Assembly: GCA_047601445.1 (NCBI GenBank)
Contig: JASGJH010000001.1
Coordinates: 8,704,001-8,768,000, forward strand
DNA length: 64,000 nt
Source of the DNA: Myxococcales bacterium
GTDB lineage: Bacteria; Myxococcota_A; Polyangia; Polyangiales; DASUME01
Direction of reading: 5' to 3'
Below, in pieces: positions 61,433 to 64,000 of the stretch. The first letter of the stretch is position 1. Each line of letters starts with the position of its first letter. Under the pieces are notes generated by a model that did no database searches, was not told where the DNA came from, and was given only the letters and a program-made list of their open reading frames with translations. The position numbers and the translations under genes were made by a program.

Positions 61433-62283
61433 CGCGCGCTCCCTTCGAGACGCGCAGCGAACAGCGGGCCTTCGACGGAGTGCAAGGCTTCTACGAGCAC
61501 CAGAGCAGCTGCTGCCAGGGCGCCATGCGCTTCGGCGTGTACCTGCCGCCCCAGGCTCTGCGTGGCGAGCCCGTGCCGGTGCTCTACTATCTGGCGGGCC
61601 TTACCTGCACGGAAGAAACCTTCGCCATCAAGGCCGGTGCGCAGCGCTTGGCCGCAGAGCTCGGCCTCGCCGTCGTGACCTGCGACACCAGTCCGCGCGC
61701 GGTGCGTTTGCCCGGTGACGATACCGACTGGGACTTCGGCCTCGGCGCTGGCTTCTATCTGGATGCCACGCAAGCGCCTTGGTCCGGTCCCTATCGCATG
61801 TACAGCTACGTGACGCGCGAACTGCCAGCCCTCGTGGAGGCCCAGTTTCCCCTGCGCGCCTCGGCGCGCGGCGTGTTTGGACACTCCATGGGCGGCCACG
61901 GCGCGCTTACGGTCGCGCTCAAGAACCCGGGGCACTACCGCAGCGTGTCTGCCTTCGCGCCCATCGTGGCGCCGAGCGACGTGCCCTGGGGCCGCAAGGC
62001 CTTCACCCACTATCTCGGGCCCGAGCGCTCCGCCTGGTCGGCCCACGACACGGTGGCCCTCCTCTCGCACGCGCGCTTTGCCGGGAAGCTTCTGGTGGAC
62101 CAGGGCACCCAGGACAAATTCCTCGAGCGGGAGCTCAAGCCCGAGCTCCTGGTCTCAGCCTGCGAGCAAAGTGGCCAGGACTTCGAGCTGCGCATGCGCG
62201 ACGGGTACGACCACAGCTATTACTTCGTGGCCTCGTTCGTCGGCGAGCATCTGCGCCATCACGCCGAGGTGCTCTGGGGCTGA
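61429..62283 (+). CDS. fghA: S-formylglutathione hydrolase
   Basis: LAGLTC, WDFGLGAGFY, GHSMGGHG, GYDHSYYF; ATGA overlap with frmA. Confidence 0.95.
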   Translation: MTRAPFETRSEQRAFDGVQGFYEHQSSCCQGAMRFGVYLPPQALRGEPVPVLYYLAGLTCTEETFAIKAGAQRLAAELGLAVVTCDTSPRAVRLPGDDTDWDFGLGAGFYLDATQAPWSGPYRMYSYVTRELPALVEAQFPLRASARGVFGHSMGGHGALTVALKNPGHYRSVSAFAPIVAPSDVPWGRKAFTHYLGPERSAWSAHDTVALLSHARFAGKLLVDQGTQDKFLERELKPELLVSACEQSGQDFELRMRDGYDHSYYFVASFVGEHLRHHAEVLWG

Positions 62284-63296
62284 GCTCCGCCCAGCAGGCG
62301 TGTGAGCTCGTTGGAGCGATAGAAGGGCGCGAGCACGGCGCGCACGCGCTCTTCCATGAAACCCGTGTCGTCGGCCTTGGCCAGGAGCGGTCCCAGGAAG
62401 GTCTCGAGCTCGGATTTCACCATCTGCTCGGTGACGCCCATGTCTTCGATCAAGGCGAGCACGCTGCCCTCGCCGTACTTGTCGAAGAACAGCCCCACCA
62501 GCTCGCCCATGATCTCGTGGAAGTAGGGCGTCTTGCGGAAGCGCAGCCAGAACTCGTAGCAAATCACCACGAAGTCCTCGATGTCGCGCGCGCCCACGAA
62601 GTTGAACGCCTCGGCCAGGCGCAGCGTCGAGAGCGCGTCCCATGCCTCGTCTGCCACGCTGCGTAGGGCGTCCTGGTCCACCACGTCGGTGAGATGACGC
62701 TGGGCATCGCGCACGATGCGGGCGCGGTGCTTCTCGATGTAGCGCCCCAAGAACTCCTCCACCTGGCGCTCCACCTCGGGCAGCACGCCCGCGAGCAGAC
62801 CCGAGGTGAGCTCGGACAGGCGCGCAGAGCGCGGCTCGGCGCGGGTGCGATCGCTGCGAAAGAGTAGGTCGAGCAGGCCGTGGGAGAGGATGCGCGAGGC
62901 AATGGAGGCGAAGGCGTTGCTGTTGGCAGCCATGGAGATGACTTCCTGGCGCACCGACTCGAGGGCCAGGAGCTTCTCGGTGAACTCCTCGTAGGTCGTA
63001 CGGCCCAGGATTTGACTCAGGGTGACGTCGGCACTGGCGGGCGACTGCACCACGCCGCGAGCCATTTCTCCGGCCAACTCCGTGATACCGCCGCTGACCC
63101 GCAGCTCGATCACCATGCGCTCGATCACACCGATGACCTGGTCGCGCGTGGCCAGATCGTTGAGGGGCACGTCCGCCAGCCACGCCATGGTCGCCCCGAT
63201 GTGCTCGTCGATCAGGCGCCTGAGTCCATCCCCGCGCAGGCGCGCGAGCTCGAACTTGACGTGGGCCTCGAGCAGGGTCTCTGCGAGCTCGTTCAT
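62259..63296 (-). CDS. Hypothetical all-alpha protein coupled to the TetR gene
   Basis: 345-aa ORF with protein-like composition; ATGA overlap at 63293-63296. Confidence 0.8.
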   Translation of the reverse strand: MNELAETLLEAHVKFELARLRGDGLRRLIDEHIGATMAWLADVPLNDLATRDQVIGVIERMVIELRVSGGITELAGEMARGVVQSPASADVTLSQILGRTTYEEFTEKLLALESVRQEVISMAANSNAFASIASRILSHGLLDLLFRSDRTRAEPRSARLSELTSGLLAGVLPEVERQVEEFLGRYIEKHRARIVRDAQRHLTDVVDQDALRSVADEAWDALSTLRLAEAFNFVGARDIEDFVVICYEFWLRFRKTPYFHEIMGELVGLFFDKYGEGSVLALIEDMGVTEQMVKSELETFLGPLLAKADDTGFMEERVRAVLAPFYRSNELTRLLGGAQPQSTSA

Positions 63297-63889
63297 GGAG
63301 CGCTCTCCTTACGAGCTTTGAGCTGGGCGGCCAGTCGTTGCAAGGCCTGGCTGCGCAGCTCGCTGCGCGCTGGTTCGGCCTCGGCGCCTTCCATCTCCAG
63401 CAATCGATTGAGTTCGTCCAGCAGCACCACCACGGCGGCGTGCGCTTGCCAGGGCTCGCAGCTGCAGGCGCCCTGCAGCGTCTGCGCGAGCACGTCGAGC
63501 TTTTGCCGCAGCCCAGCCCGGAAGTTGGCAAAGGCCCCGGCCTGCTCGGCCAGCACGAAGCGCACGAGCTCGCGATCCTGGGCCACGGCCTGGAACGCTG
63601 CGCTCACCAGGGCCTCCGGCACCCCCTGCCCGCCGCCGGCAGCCTCCTTCACGGCCTGCTCCAGCTGGGCGAGCGTGGGCACCACGAACTCGTTGATGAT
63701 GGCCCGGCCCAGCTCGTCCATGTCCGCGAAGTGCCGGTAGAACGAGGTCGGGGCGATGCCGGCCTCACGGGCCACTTCGCGCAGCCCCAGGCTCGAGAAA
63801 CCGTGGGCGGCGGCGACCTGCAGGGTGGCTCGCAACAGGGCGTGCCGGACCCGCTCCTTCTCTTCCTTCTTCTCGGGTGACGCGCGCAA
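63293..63889 (-). CDS. TetR-family regulator, FabR/DesT-like
   Basis: LGLREVAREAGIAPTSFYRHFADMDELG closely resembles the FabR helix-turn-helix. Confidence 0.9.
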   Translation of the reverse strand: MRASPEKKEEKERVRHALLRATLQVAAAHGFSSLGLREVAREAGIAPTSFYRHFADMDELGRAIINEFVVPTLAQLEQAVKEAAGGGQGVPEALVSAAFQAVAQDRELVRFVLAEQAGAFANFRAGLRQKLDVLAQTLQGACSCEPWQAHAAVVVLLDELNRLLEMEGAEAEPARSELRSQALQRLAAQLKARKESAP

Positions 63890-63937
63890 GGGCTGGGACC
63901 TCCAGAGTCGGCGCGGACATTACACCAGAATGCTTGT

Positions 63938-63967
63938 CAGGAACACATGTGCGCACACTTGTGCCGC
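63938..63967. promoter_or_regulatory. Two overlapping FabR-like operator sites
   Basis: AGGAACA-CA-TGTGCGC and GCGCACA-CT-TGTGCCG; resemble GCGTACA-NN-TGTACGC. Confidence 0.5.
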
Positions 63968-64000
63968 GCGATCGCGGGCGCTTTTTCACGATTCGGTCAC

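Overview
GC-rich chromosomal window from a myxobacterium (Myxococcota, probably Polyangiales/Sandaracinaceae-like). This is inferred from eukaryote-type Ser/Thr kinases, a TPR-TonB-dependent receptor fusion, Cys-rich lipoproteins and palindromic intergenic repeats. About 53 genes can be supported. They include housekeeping genes (pyrH, frr, rnr, sucA, Hsp20, frmA-fghA), a GldAFG/DUF4340-type ABC cluster, a DUF58-transglutaminase-MoxR-TPR operon, two membrane kinases and many envelope proteins. I saw no rRNA, tRNA, CRISPR array, transposase or phage gene. Best candidate for an undescribed system: a translationally coupled operon of an SdpA-like small protein, an HTTM/vitamin-K-carboxylase-like protein and a GT-C glycosyltransferase, facing a YfhO-type GT-C gene (49.5-55.1 kb). 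Also notable: a PIG-B/Alg9 (GT22)-like mannosyltransferase, a rhomboid pseudoprotease with an iRhom-like GPx motif, and a PP2C pseudophosphatase. A REP-like repeat sits in frame in a gene's 5' end between 7-bp direct repeats, and two +1 frameshifts occur at the identical 10-mer CGAGAATCGT. All family calls come from motif recognition by eye; no searches were run.
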